From an uncultured Chlamydiae bacterium (GTDB lineage Bacteria; Chlamydiota; Chlamydiia; Chlamydiales; SM23-39), in the NCBI GenBank assembly GCA_903893545.1, contig CAITMJ010000031.1:7032-71031 (forward strand): a stretch of DNA of 64,000 nucleotides, read 5' to 3'. Shown here piece after piece: positions 8,125 to 17,501 of the stretch (position 1 is the stretch's first letter; each line of letters begins with the position of its first letter). The translations under genes and the position numbers were made by a program. The notes beneath the pieces were generated by a model, which was given only the letters and a program-made list of their open reading frames with translations, did no database searches and had not been told where the DNA came from.

Positions 8125-9476
8125 GATAACTTCTCAATTGTTCTCGCGACAGTGAAAAAACCAAGGTCGAACCGACGAAAATCAAAGTGTTCATTCGGCG
8201 CGTGGATCTGATCCGTAGCAAGTCCATATCCCATCCCAACTATATCAGATCCTGTCGCTGCCGCAAGTTCTGCAACAACGGGAATAGAGGCTCCAGATAA
8301 CATTCTTTGGCAAACTTTGCCCGTCGCCTCTTCTGAAGCAGCAGCGACAGCGTTGGCCAATTTGGAAAAAGGATTTGCTCGGTAAGCCTTTGCTCCAGAG
8401 AGAACTTCAGCGTGTAACTTCATTCCATGAGGGCAATGTTTTTCTAAAAATGCAATGATTTGGCGCCCAATTTTTTTCGGATCCTGATTGGGGACAAGGC
8501 GGCAGGAGATTTTCCCGATCGCCTTTGCTGGGATCACTGTCTTAAAGCCGGAGCCAAAATACCCGCCTCCAAGACCATTGATCTCAAGAGTTGGGCGGAA
8601 GAGATTCGCCTCTTGCAGCGTTCTCCCTTTTTCTCCGCCAAAGGCGTGAATGCCAAATTCTTTGGTGAAATAATCACTTCCATGTTTTTGCGGATAGGCT
8701 TTTTTCTCTTCCAAAGAAGGCTCCAAAACATCGTCGTAAAATCCATCGACGGCAACTTTGCCTGTCGAATCATAGAGTTTTGCAAACAGTTCGACAATCG
8801 CGCGATTTGGATTATAGGCAATCCCTCCGCATAAACCGGAGTGGAGATCGCCCTTTGAACCTGTCAAAGAGATATCCATCGAGAGAATTCCGCGCGCCCC
8901 CAAACTAATCGCAGGCGTCGTCTCATCATACGCGTCGAAATCGACCACCAAGAGCGACTCGGCGCGCAATCGATCTTTAATTTTTGGGAGAACGGCTGTC
9001 AGCCCCACACTATTTGCCTCTTCTTCCCCCTCGATACAGAATTTGACATTAACCGGCAATGGTCTATCTAATTCAGCAAGCGCTCTTAGCGCCACCATCG
9101 CGTAAAAAATCTGTCCTTTATCATCGACAGCGCCCCGCGCATAGACCCGGCCATTTCGCTCCGTTGGAGTAAATGGATCGCTCTCCCATGCATCGATGGG
9201 GTCTACCGGTTGCACGTCGTAATGACCATAGATCAACACCGTCGGCTTATTCCCGCTCACCTTTTTTTCCGCAATCACAAGGGGGTGGCCGGGAGTTTCG
9301 ATCAGCTCTGCGTCAAAGGAACATTTTTCAAGATACGCCCTTACCCACTTAGCGCAAGCGTGGACCTCATTTTTGTACTCCGCCTCTGAGCTAATCGAGG
9401 CAAAGCGCAAAAACTGAAAATAATCCTCTCGGATTTCCTTGCGATGTTTTTCTAGCCAAAGAGATAGTGCTTTCAT
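8121..9476 (-). CDS. M20 family metallo-dipeptidase (ArgE/DapE/CNDP-like)
   Basis: LIYGHYDVQPVDP...WESDPF, GRGAVDDKG and CIEGEEE motifs. Confidence 0.85.
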   Translation of the reverse strand: MKALSLWLEKHRKEIREDYFQFLRFASISSEAEYKNEVHACAKWVRAYLEKCSFDAELIETPGHPLVIAEKKVSGNKPTVLIYGHYDVQPVDPIDAWESDPFTPTERNGRVYARGAVDDKGQIFYAMVALRALAELDRPLPVNVKFCIEGEEEANSVGLTAVLPKIKDRLRAESLLVVDFDAYDETTPAISLGARGILSMDISLTGSKGDLHSGLCGGIAYNPNRAIVELFAKLYDSTGKVAVDGFYDDVLEPSLEEKKAYPQKHGSDYFTKEFGIHAFGGEKGRTLQEANLFRPTLEINGLGGGYFGSGFKTVIPAKAIGKISCRLVPNQDPKKIGRQIIAFLEKHCPHGMKLHAEVLSGAKAYRANPFSKLANAVAAASEEATGKVCQRMLSGASIPVVAELAAATGSDIVGMGYGLATDQIHAPNEHFDFRRFDLGFFTVARTIEKLS

Positions 9477-9484
9477 CCCATTTC

Positions 9485-9748
9485 CTAACGCGGTGCAGAT
9501 TCTTTCTGTGAAAGCTTCTCATCGAAGACTTGGCTTGCACTATCGACAAGGAACGCTGCGAGCATATCGTCTCCCTCATAACTCATCTGAACTTCCATCT
9601 GCCCCTCTTTAGAGGGCTCGCTGCAGGTGATAAGAACATAGCAAGCGTGCCGTTCTCCCAACATTTTTTTCACTTTATCCATGTCATGATGAACTGCAAT
9701 TTTACCCACAAAAACCTTCCCAATCGATGATGCGCTGCATCGTATCAC
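9485..9748 (-). CDS. Small hypothetical protein, first gene of the M20 operon
   Basis: ORF ends 9 nt upstream of the M20 start. I see no motif I recognise, and the start could be an internal ATG (MDKVKKML). Confidence 0.4.
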   Translation of the reverse strand: MIRCSASSIGKVFVGKIAVHHDMDKVKKMLGERHACYVLITCSEPSKEGQMEVQMSYEGDDMLAAFLVDSASQVFDEKLSQKESAPR

Positions 9749-9889
9749 TTAGCCGTCGAATTCGTCAATCCTGAGAAGAAATTAACCGCAGAGATAAGAA
9801 GCCCCGCCTCTCGGCGGTGAACTTTTACTAAGCTTGACAACAAGCAAACCAACAGGGTTTAATAGATCTTAAAAAATTGGGTTCGTGCC

Positions 9890-10801
9890 ATGGGAATTGC
9901 TAAACGAATTATTTTATTCCTCCTTCTAAACTTTCTCGTCATTTTCATGCTGTCGATTGTGATTAACCTCTTGGGGCTAAAACCTTATATCAACGCCTAC
10001 GGACTCAATTACCAATCCCTCCTGATCTTTTGCCTCATCTGGGGCATGGGGGGCGCATTTATTTCTCTATCCCTTTCTCGCGTCATGGCCAAGTGGATGA
10101 TGGGCGTAAAAGTGATCGATCCGCAAACACACAACTCTGAAGAAGCTGATCTCGTTAGAACCGTCCACTCGCTTTGCCGCAGCGCCGGCCTTCCCGTCAT
10201 GCCTGAAGTTGGCATTTTCCGCTCGAATGAGCCCAATGCATTTGCCACAGGCCCTACCCGTTCCCGCTCCCTTGTCGCCGTCTCCACAGGACTTCTTAGC
10301 CGCATGAACTCCGCTGAAGTCAAAGGGGTCATCGGCCATGAAGTGAGCCATATTGCAAATGGCGATATGGTGACTATGACTCTTCTTCAAGGAGTCGTGA
10401 ACGCCTTTGTGATGTTCCTTGCCCGCGTTCTTGCCTATGCCCTTTCCGGCCTTGGCCGCAATCGAGAAACCACCTCAGGGGGCGGCAGCTATGGTTCATT
10501 CATGGTCTTTACCTGGATCTTTGAGATCCTCTTCATGATCTTGGGCTCGCTTCTCATCTGCGCTTACTCCCGCTACCGAGAATTTCGCGCTGACGCTGGC
10601 GGAGCTCACCTTGCCGGCCGCGAAAACATGATCAACGCGCTAGAAGCCCTCCGCGCCTCCCAGCAAATCAAAGACCCTCGCACAGACACCCCTGCAATAG
10701 CGGCCTTTAAAATCTCCCATCCCAACGGCAAAAAAGGGTTCCTCCGCTTCTTCATGACCCACCCCCCGCTTGAAGAGCGCATTGCCCGCCTGCAAAAATA
10801 A
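9890..10801 (+). CDS. htpX: Zinc metalloprotease HtpX (M48)
   Basis: Four TM segments, HEVSHIANGD (HExxH) and C-terminal THPPLEERI. Confidence 0.9.
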   Translation: MGIAKRIILFLLLNFLVIFMLSIVINLLGLKPYINAYGLNYQSLLIFCLIWGMGGAFISLSLSRVMAKWMMGVKVIDPQTHNSEEADLVRTVHSLCRSAGLPVMPEVGIFRSNEPNAFATGPTRSRSLVAVSTGLLSRMNSAEVKGVIGHEVSHIANGDMVTMTLLQGVVNAFVMFLARVLAYALSGLGRNRETTSGGGSYGSFMVFTWIFEILFMILGSLLICAYSRYREFRADAGGAHLAGRENMINALEALRASQQIKDPRTDTPAIAAFKISHPNGKKGFLRFFMTHPPLEERIARLQK

Positions 10802-10867
10802 AAAAACTTTACACAACATCGGCTGTCGGTTAAGCTCTTCGCCTTATTTTTTACTTGAGTTTCAACC

Positions 10868-12292
10868 ATGTACTCCCTACAGCCACCACTAAACCGACAA
10901 CCGCATTGCATTTCTGAAAATGTCTTGAACTCCCCTCGCCTCCTAGTGACGGAGAAGATTATGAGAGCGATTAAAGAAGGTGGATTTTTATTTCCACAGG
11001 CAAAAGAGATAGATCTCACACACCCCTCTTTGCAGCTAAATACGGCAATCTTCTCCAAAATCCTAGAGAGCTGCTCCCCTCAATTGACCCATGTGAAGCT
11101 AAACTGCTCCTACCATCTGAAAAACTGGTTTGAGGTCATCCAAAATTACGCACACCTCACCAGCCTTAGCTTAAAGAATTGGACGCGCCCGATTAGTCAA
11201 GAAGTCCAATGCCTTCTCGATCCTTCCCTCTTTCCCAACTTTGAAAACTTAGAGTTAGAACTCTTAGACCTATGTCCGATAGGAAAACTGAAAGAGCCTC
11301 TTCAATTACTTCCAAAATGTCCACCGCTGACCAGTTTGTCGATCGGCTGCACGCTACGAGATCTGCAGACATTTCTGAATAACAATTTACAATTAGAACA
11401 TCTCGAATTTCGAGGGGCCCTTGCGACGGATCAAGATTTTGAATATATTGCGCAATTGTCTCAATTGGAAAGCCTAAAAATCCTCTTTGGCTACCATCTC
11501 TCCGATCAAACATTGCAAAAAATCGTGAATTCCTGCAGTCACTTAAAGCACCTTTCTTTCCATCAATGCCGCCTGCTCACCCAAGAAGGGTTTAAAATCA
11601 TCTCCCAATTGCCTGCATTGGAAAGCGTGACATTCGACAACTGCAAAAATCTCACCGATCTAGAATTGCAAATGACTGTAGATAACTGCCCTGAACTCAA
11701 GCACCTGACGATCAAGAACTCTAAAGGAATCACTAGCATCGAATGCATCTCTAAACTATCCAAATTAGAAAGTTTAACCCTCGGCGCGTGTCCCGACCTT
11801 TCCGATCGAGAATTACAAATGATTGTAGACGGATGCCCTCACTTAAAGCATCTTGTTCTCGATTTGCATCCGCTGTCCTCTCACAGCAGTCCTAAAGCCT
11901 TCCCTCAACTAGAGAGCTTGAAGCTGACCTTCCCCTTCCCTGAACTTACAACCATCTTGGCCAATGGACAAAACCTAAAGCATCTTGAAATTCGCATTGC
12001 CACTCTCTCTTTGCAAGAAGCGGTCGCAATCGGCAACTGTCATCAATTACAACGTCTGGCCATCCGCTTCATCTACGATGCGACAAATAGAGGCCTTACC
12101 GACGAAGTTGTCCAAGCAATGTTACAAAACAAGCCTGAATTGACTGAATTAGACATCTCAGGGACATTCCACCCCGACCTTAGCGAAGAAGCCCTTTTAG
12201 CAGCATTTGAGAGCTGCCCTGCACTAGAAAAGAGGACCTTCTTGGCCTGGCCAGACCCCAAAAAGACCCCTTTCAATTTATCCTTCTCCTAG
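10868..12292 (+). CDS. Leucine-rich repeat protein, cysteine-containing (FBXL/RNI-like) LRR type
   Basis: About 13-15 repeats of 25-26 aa, such as CSHLKHLSFHQCRLLTQEGFKIISQLPALESVTFDNCKNLTDLELQMTVDNCPELKHLTIKNSKGIT. The gene is more AT-rich than its neighbours. Confidence 0.8.
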   Translation: MYSLQPPLNRQPHCISENVLNSPRLLVTEKIMRAIKEGGFLFPQAKEIDLTHPSLQLNTAIFSKILESCSPQLTHVKLNCSYHLKNWFEVIQNYAHLTSLSLKNWTRPISQEVQCLLDPSLFPNFENLELELLDLCPIGKLKEPLQLLPKCPPLTSLSIGCTLRDLQTFLNNNLQLEHLEFRGALATDQDFEYIAQLSQLESLKILFGYHLSDQTLQKIVNSCSHLKHLSFHQCRLLTQEGFKIISQLPALESVTFDNCKNLTDLELQMTVDNCPELKHLTIKNSKGITSIECISKLSKLESLTLGACPDLSDRELQMIVDGCPHLKHLVLDLHPLSSHSSPKAFPQLESLKLTFPFPELTTILANGQNLKHLEIRIATLSLQEAVAIGNCHQLQRLAIRFIYDATNRGLTDEVVQAMLQNKPELTELDISGTFHPDLSEEALLAAFESCPALEKRTFLAWPDPKKTPFNLSFS

Positions 12293-12307
12293 GGTATCTT
12301 TTTGCCC

Positions 12308-13363
12308 ATGAAAACCGTCATTGTAGGAATGTCTGGAGGCGTCGATTCCTCCGTCTCAGCGCTTCTTTTAAAAAACCAAGGCTATAGGGTCATCGGCCTT
12401 TTCATGAAAAATTGGGAAGAGACCGACGAGCGGGGCCAGTGCAAGGCGTCGGCTGAGTTTGAAGACGTCGTCCGGGTGTGCGACCAGTTAGAAATTCCTT
12501 ACTATAGCGTCAATTTCATCGAAGAGTACCAAACGCTCGTCTTTGCCCAATTTTTGGCCGATATTCAGGCCGGCCTGACACCCAACCCCGATGTTCTTTG
12601 CAATAAAGAGATCAAATTCAAAGTATTTTTACAAAAAGCCAAGGAGCTCGGCGCCGACTATCTGGCGACAGGTCACTATTGCCGCACAGATGGGCAAGGC
12701 CGCCTTTTAAAGGGGCTAGATCCAGAAAAAGACCAAAGCTACTTCCTCCATGCTGTTACCGATCAGGCGCTCGCTATGACCCTTTTTCCAGTTGGAAATA
12801 TGCATAAAAAAGAAGTGCGAGAGATCGCTCGAAAAAATCAGTTGGCAACGTCGGAAAAAAAAGATAGCACCGGCATCTGCTTTATCGGCAAAAGAGATTT
12901 TAAACCTTTTCTCGCATCGTATATCGGCTGTAAGAGCGGCCATTTTGAAACCCTTGCAGGCCAAGTTGTCGGACAGCATGACGGCAGCGCGTTTTACACA
13001 ATCGGACAGAGAAAAGGGATGGGCCTTGGCGGAGAGGGGGAAGCCTGGTACGTGGTCGGCAAGGATTTAAAACGCAATGTCGTACTAGTCGAAAGAGGCG
13101 CCGATCACCCTGCTCTATTTTCCAGTTCCTTGATCGCAGATGGACTCACTTGGGTCAAAGAAGAGCCTTCTTTTCCCCTTCGCTGTAAGGCGAAAATTCG
13201 CTATCGACAAACCGACCAAGACTGCACCGCGGTGATTGAAAATGGAAGAGCTCATGTGACCTTTGATGTGCCGCAAAGAGCTGCAACTCCAGGCCAATCA
13301 ATCGTTTTTTATCAGAGAGATCTTTGCCTCGGTGGCGGCGTTATCCGTGAAACGAGACAGTAA
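12308..13363 (+). CDS. mnmA: tRNA 2-thiouridine(34) synthase MnmA
   Basis: PP-loop VIVGMSGGVDSSVSA, NPDVLCNKEIKF and DSTGICFIG motifs. ATG at 12308 preferred over TTG at 12302. Confidence 0.9.
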   Translation: MKTVIVGMSGGVDSSVSALLLKNQGYRVIGLFMKNWEETDERGQCKASAEFEDVVRVCDQLEIPYYSVNFIEEYQTLVFAQFLADIQAGLTPNPDVLCNKEIKFKVFLQKAKELGADYLATGHYCRTDGQGRLLKGLDPEKDQSYFLHAVTDQALAMTLFPVGNMHKKEVREIARKNQLATSEKKDSTGICFIGKRDFKPFLASYIGCKSGHFETLAGQVVGQHDGSAFYTIGQRKGMGLGGEGEAWYVVGKDLKRNVVLVERGADHPALFSSSLIADGLTWVKEEPSFPLRCKAKIRYRQTDQDCTAVIENGRAHVTFDVPQRAATPGQSIVFYQRDLCLGGGVIRETRQ

Positions 13364-14656
13364 GCTTCCTAGCAGTTCTTTCTCATCGTGCTCTAAAAAA
13401 CAGACTTCTTCAGGATGCATGATTTTCAACAGGTGCTCTAAGTTTTCTCTTTGAAGGATGATGAAATCCACTTCACTGAGCGAAGAGAGTAGGTCGATGA
13501 GCTCATCGCCAGAAGATGCCTGTACATAGACGACAAGTTCCGAATTTTCTTTCCGAGAAAGCGTTCGAAGGGTTTTAAAAAGAGCGTTGCTCATTTTCTG
13601 CCCTGGATGCAGGACGAGGAGGGTATAGCGCCTATCCTTTAACACTTGGGCCAACACATAGGTGTGGTTTTCATCGTAAATTTTCGTGCCCGCATCGAGT
13701 TCCAAAAGTCTACGCGCAATTTCCGGCAGCGTTACTTGAACGCAGCCAAGCCTTTCAATCGAAATACCCGCTGCGATATTAGCTAGCTGCGCAGCAGTGG
13801 CGATATCTAGGTCGCTTGCCATGCTTAAACAAAGCGTTGCCAGCACCGTATCGCCAGCGCCGGTGACATCTTTTACTTCTTTTGAACGAACGGGAAAATC
13901 TCTTCGTACGCCATTTTTCTCAAAGCAAGAAATCCCCGCTTCTGAGCGGGTGATGAGAAGCAGATCCGCCTCTGTCACCGTAAGAAGAACTTTTGCCACT
14001 TCATCTAAAGAAGCGCTTTGAGGCAACTTTGCGGCCGCATAGGCTTCTGATAGATTTGGCTTGATGAGGTTTGCTCCCCGATATTTAGAAAAGTCAATCC
14101 CCTTCGGATCGATGATAACGGGAACTTTTTGCCTCTTTGCAAGCGCAAGGAGAAATTGGAGCAAGGAAGCTGTTAAAAACCCTTTTCCATAGTCAGAAAC
14201 AGCAATCACTTGGGCCAGCGGTACAGTTTTCTCAAGAAATTCGATAACTTGTTCTTCAGAGGCAGAAGAAAGTGGAGAGATCGTCTCCATATCGACGCGT
14301 AGAAGCTGCTGACTATCTGAGATAAGTCGGTTTTTTACAGGGGTTTTGTAATTCGGCTCGATGATCAAGCCCAAAGTATCTACGCCCTTGAGATGGTGTT
14401 TTAGTTCTTTTCCCGCTGCATCTTCGCCCATGCGCCCAACAGCAAAAACACTGCCGCCAAGCGTGGCTAAATTCAAAACGACATTGCCTGCGCCGCCAGG
14501 CCTTGACTCTTGATGGAGAACTTCCATGACTGGAACAGGAGCTTCTGGAGAAATGCGCCTCACCTTTCCTGTGGTGTACGTATCGAGCATAAAATCGCCA
14601 ATGACAAGCGCTTTAAACGGTTGGATTGAACTAAAGCTTCGGGGAAGCGTCACCAT
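13298..14656 (-). CDS. hldE: D-beta-D-heptose 7-phosphate kinase (HldE domain I) fused to a degenerate HldC-like domain
   Basis: N-terminus matches RfaE/HldE (VIGDFMLDTY...RISPEAPVPV...RPGGAGNV...DVTGAGDT). The C-terminal ~125 aa keep HldC-like spacing, but HxGH/GxFDxxHxGH is replaced by LVLHPGQKMSNALF. Confidence 0.8.
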   Translation of the reverse strand: MVTLPRSFSSIQPFKALVIGDFMLDTYTTGKVRRISPEAPVPVMEVLHQESRPGGAGNVVLNLATLGGSVFAVGRMGEDAAGKELKHHLKGVDTLGLIIEPNYKTPVKNRLISDSQQLLRVDMETISPLSSASEEQVIEFLEKTVPLAQVIAVSDYGKGFLTASLLQFLLALAKRQKVPVIIDPKGIDFSKYRGANLIKPNLSEAYAAAKLPQSASLDEVAKVLLTVTEADLLLITRSEAGISCFEKNGVRRDFPVRSKEVKDVTGAGDTVLATLCLSMASDLDIATAAQLANIAAGISIERLGCVQVTLPEIARRLLELDAGTKIYDENHTYVLAQVLKDRRYTLLVLHPGQKMSNALFKTLRTLSRKENSELVVYVQASSGDELIDLLSSLSEVDFIILQRENLEHLLKIMHPEEVCFLEHDEKELLGSLLSRFTDNAATEAKISLIKND

Positions 14657-15636
14657 CGACTATTTCTCATCAGATACTCTTGCACATATTCGCGCACCGC
14701 CTCGTCAATAGAACGAGGAGATGGCAGGTCCGATGAAAAAAGTGTATTGAATTTGCGCATGTCTGCGCAAGTGTAATTCTGATATTGGCGAGAAAGATCG
14801 GCCGGCATATCGATGTATTCGATATTCGGTTCTTTGCCAAGAGCTTTAAAAAGAGCGCCTGCAAGCTGATTCCAGGTCGTCACTTTCCCTTGTCCAATGT
14901 TAAAAAGTCCACCGACTTTTCGATATTTTGAATCAAGAAAACTGCACGTCATCCGAACGGCATCTTTTACATAGATAAAATCGCGGCACTGATCGCCATC
15001 GCCATACTGCGGATGATTCGATTTGAAAAGCTGAATTTTCCCTTCCACATCGGCTTTTTCACACATCTTTAACACCATTGATGCCATGCGCCCTTTGTGG
15101 TATTCATTCGGGCCAAACACATTAAAATACTTCAAGCCTACAACTCGGTGGAGAACGTTTTCTCTTTTCATCCATAGATCGGCAAGCTGTTTAGAAAATC
15201 CATACATATTTAGCGGCCGGAGGTGAGAAATCTGTTCCTCGTCATCGGTAAATCCAAGCGAGCCATCTCCATATGTAGCTGCAGAAGATGCGTAAATAAA
15301 CCGCTTATCATGCATAACTGCCCACTCGGCCAGTCGCACGGTATAGCGGTAATTATTCTCCAATAAGTAATCGGCGTTTGATTCTGTCGTATCTGAGCTT
15401 GCGCCTAAGTGGATGATTGCACTGACCTTATCCTCATTGACCTGCAACCACTCAAAGAGACGATGCTTTGAAATCAGATCGACAAATTGCTTGCCAAGGA
15501 GGTTTTTCCACTTCTCTCCCTGTTTTAAATCATCGACAAGAAGGAGATCTTTGACGCCTTGGTCGTTGAGATAACGCACAGTGCATGAACCGATCATGCC
15601 GGCTGCGCCTGTAATAATGATCAGAGGCTGTTTCAT
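14650..15636 (-). CDS. hldD: ADP-L-glycero-D-manno-heptose 6-epimerase
   Basis: ITGAAGMIGS Rossmann motif, YASSAATYG and LKYFNVFGPNEYHKGRMAS closely mirror E. coli HldD/RfaD. Overlaps the hldE start by 7 nt. Confidence 0.85.
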   Translation of the reverse strand: MKQPLIIITGAAGMIGSCTVRYLNDQGVKDLLLVDDLKQGEKWKNLLGKQFVDLISKHRLFEWLQVNEDKVSAIIHLGASSDTTESNADYLLENNYRYTVRLAEWAVMHDKRFIYASSAATYGDGSLGFTDDEEQISHLRPLNMYGFSKQLADLWMKRENVLHRVVGLKYFNVFGPNEYHKGRMASMVLKMCEKADVEGKIQLFKSNHPQYGDGDQCRDFIYVKDAVRMTCSFLDSKYRKVGGLFNIGQGKVTTWNQLAGALFKALGKEPNIEYIDMPADLSRQYQNYTCADMRKFNTLFSSDLPSPRSIDEAVREYVQEYLMRNSRW

Positions 15637-15663
15637 TTAAGCGAATAGTGTAGCAGAGAAATG

Positions 15664-15694
15664 ATTTGGGAAGAATGTTAAATTCTTCCCAAAT
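15664..15694 (-). terminator. 13-bp perfect hairpin downstream of rplI
   Basis: atttgggaagaat / gttaa / attcttcccaaat lies 11 nt after the rplI stop, between rplI and the hldD start. Confidence 0.5.
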
Positions 15695-15704
15695 TCAAGT
15701 GCAT

Positions 15705-16229
15705 TTAAGCGGAAGGCGCTTCAGGAGCGGTTTCTGCCGGAATTGGTTTCACGACATTTTCCAAACCTGCAACGTTTATCCCTTCAGGGATAATCGTCAA
15801 CTTGGTGACGATGCTGATACCCTCTTTGAGCTTGATCACGACTTCTTTGAGACCAGTCTCTTTGATGGGCTTTGTGAGCATTACGTTCTTGCGATCGACA
15901 GGAAGTCCTCGCTCTTGAAGAAGAGCGGCGATATCGCCAGCCGATACAGAGCCGTACATGTGACCTTCTGGGTCAACTTTGACTTTGATGCTTAAAGAAA
16001 TCGATTCGATTTGCTTTGCGAGCTCTTCCGATTCTTGACGGTCGACAACCGCTTGCTTTGCGCGCTCAGAGCGGAGACGCTCTTGTTTGCGAAGCGTGTT
16101 TGCAGATGCAACGACGGCCAATCCTTTCGGAAAGAGGAAATTGCGGACAAAACCCGGTTTTGCGGAGACGATTTCCCCTTTTTTACCAAGAGCGTCGACA
16201 TCTTCCAGAAGAAGCAATTGCTGTTTCAT
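15705..16229 (-). CDS. rplI: 50S ribosomal protein L9
   Basis: MKQQLLLLEDVDALGKKGEIVSAKPGFVRNFLFPKGLAV. Confidence 0.9.
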   Translation of the reverse strand: MKQQLLLLEDVDALGKKGEIVSAKPGFVRNFLFPKGLAVVASANTLRKQERLRSERAKQAVVDRQESEELAKQIESISLSIKVKVDPEGHMYGSVSAGDIAALLQERGLPVDRKNVMLTKPIKETGLKEVVIKLKEGISIVTKLTIIPEGINVAGLENVVKPIPAETAPEAPSA

Positions 16230-16241
16230 GAAATCCTCCGA

Positions 16242-16550
16242 TTACTCTTCAGCGACAAAAGGAAGCAATGCCATGTGGCGAGCTCTCTTGATCGCTTTTT
16301 TTAAAACTTTTTGATAATAGTACGAAACCCCAGTAATACGGCGCGGCAAAATTTTACCCCGCTCTGTGATAAACTGTTTTAAAGTCTCGATGTCTTTGTA
16401 GTCGATTCCATCGACTTTTGCAGTGACAAACGGGCAAGCTTTGCGCCGTTTTGCAAAAGGAGAATCGGTAGGCGCTCCGCCACCAGGCGAATATCCGGCA
16501 GTTGCAGTGCCGCCAGAAGAAGAGTTTGAATAATTCTTTCTCGGCATCAT
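16242..16550 (-). CDS. rpsR: 30S ribosomal protein S18
   Basis: CPF...[28 protein letters not shown]...[19 protein letters not shown], with a Gly/Ser-rich N-terminal extension. Confidence 0.9.
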   Translation of the reverse strand: MMPRKNYSNSSSGGTATAGYSPGGGAPTDSPFAKRRKACPFVTAKVDGIDYKDIETLKQFITERGKILPRRITGVSYYYQKVLKKAIKRARHMALLPFVAEE

Positions 16551-16551
16551 A

Positions 16552-16896
16552 TTAAGCCACCGTCTTTAAAGGTTTAAATTCAAGGCTTTCCAAGACATTT
16601 TCTACGCGCATCGTCATGAAGCGAATAAGGTCTTCGTGAAGGTGGTACTCTTTCCAGAGTTCGTCGATAGCGCTTGTCGGCGCATCGAAGTAGAGAACAT
16701 AGTAGTAACCTTCTCGTTTGCCATCAATCGAGTAGGCGAGCTTACGGCGGCCGAGTTCGTGGAGTTTACGAATGACTCCCCCTTTCTGGGCGATTCCGTC
16801 GGTGATTTTATCAAAGGCTTTTTTGCGAGAGTCTTCGCTGAGCGTAGCGCTCAGGATGTACATCCCTTCATAAAGCCCGGTTCTATTTTTTTTCAT
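16552..16896 (-). CDS. rpsF: 30S ribosomal protein S6
   Basis: [14 protein letters not shown]...[23 protein letters not shown] (MKKNR) chosen inside the tracked ORF. Confidence 0.9.
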   Translation of the reverse strand: MKKNRTGLYEGMYILSATLSEDSRKKAFDKITDGIAQKGGVIRKLHELGRRKLAYSIDGKREGYYYVLYFDAPTSAIDELWKEYHLHEDLIRFMTMRVENVLESLEFKPLKTVA

Positions 16897-16925
16897 CTTG
16901 CATCCCAATGCATGGAGTCGATGAA

Positions 16926-17501
16926 CTATTCCGCTTTTTTATTGGCAAAGTCCATCGCACGGGTTAATCCTTTTTCAACAAATAGTGCCGTCACGTCGAC
17001 GGCGCGCTCTAATAGAGCGGGAACGAGCTTTTCTTCTTCTAAAGAAAACCTTCCGAGTACATGACTCGAAAGATCTCCTTCAGCGCGGTCGCCGACACCG
17101 AGTTTAAGCCTTGCATACCGGTTGGTCTGCAAATACTCTTCGATGCTTTTGAGGCCGTTATGGCCTCCGGGACCGCTATTGATCCGCAGCTTTGTTTGCC
17201 CCATCGGGATCGCCACATCGTCGACAAGGACGAGAAGGCGAGCCAAATCAATGGCGTGGTAGCGCATGGTCAGCACTACGGACTGCCCGCTGAGATTCAT
17301 AAACGTCAGCGGTTTTAGGATCACGCAAGACTCTCCGGCTACGTTGCCTTCAGCCAAAGTGCCTTGCATTTTTAAGCTTTTTCGAAACTCCAGGCCGTGT
17401 TTATTGGCCAGAAGATCCACGGCAGCAAAGCCGATATTATGTCGTGTCTTCTCGTACTGTTTCCCAGGATTTCCTAGACCTACGACAAGATACTTACCCA
17501 C
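16926..17501 (-). CDS. pth: Peptidyl-tRNA hydrolase
   Basis: YLVVGLGNPGKQYEKTRHNIGF and GPGGHNGLKS. Confidence 0.9.
   Translation of the reverse strand: MGKYLVVGLGNPGKQYEKTRHNIGFAAVDLLANKHGLEFRKSLKMQGTLAEGNVAGESCVILKPLTFMNLSGQSVVLTMRYHAIDLARLLVLVDDVAIPMGQTKLRINSGPGGHNGLKSIEEYLQTNRYARLKLGVGDRAEGDLSSHVLGRFSLEEEKLVPALLERAVDVTALFVEKGLTRAMDFANKKAE

Noticed and set aside
10868-11080. A search for an F-box (LPxEIL...W) at the N-terminus of the CC-type LRR protein.
   Set aside because: No convincing F-box consensus is visible by eye, so I call it only an LRR protein.
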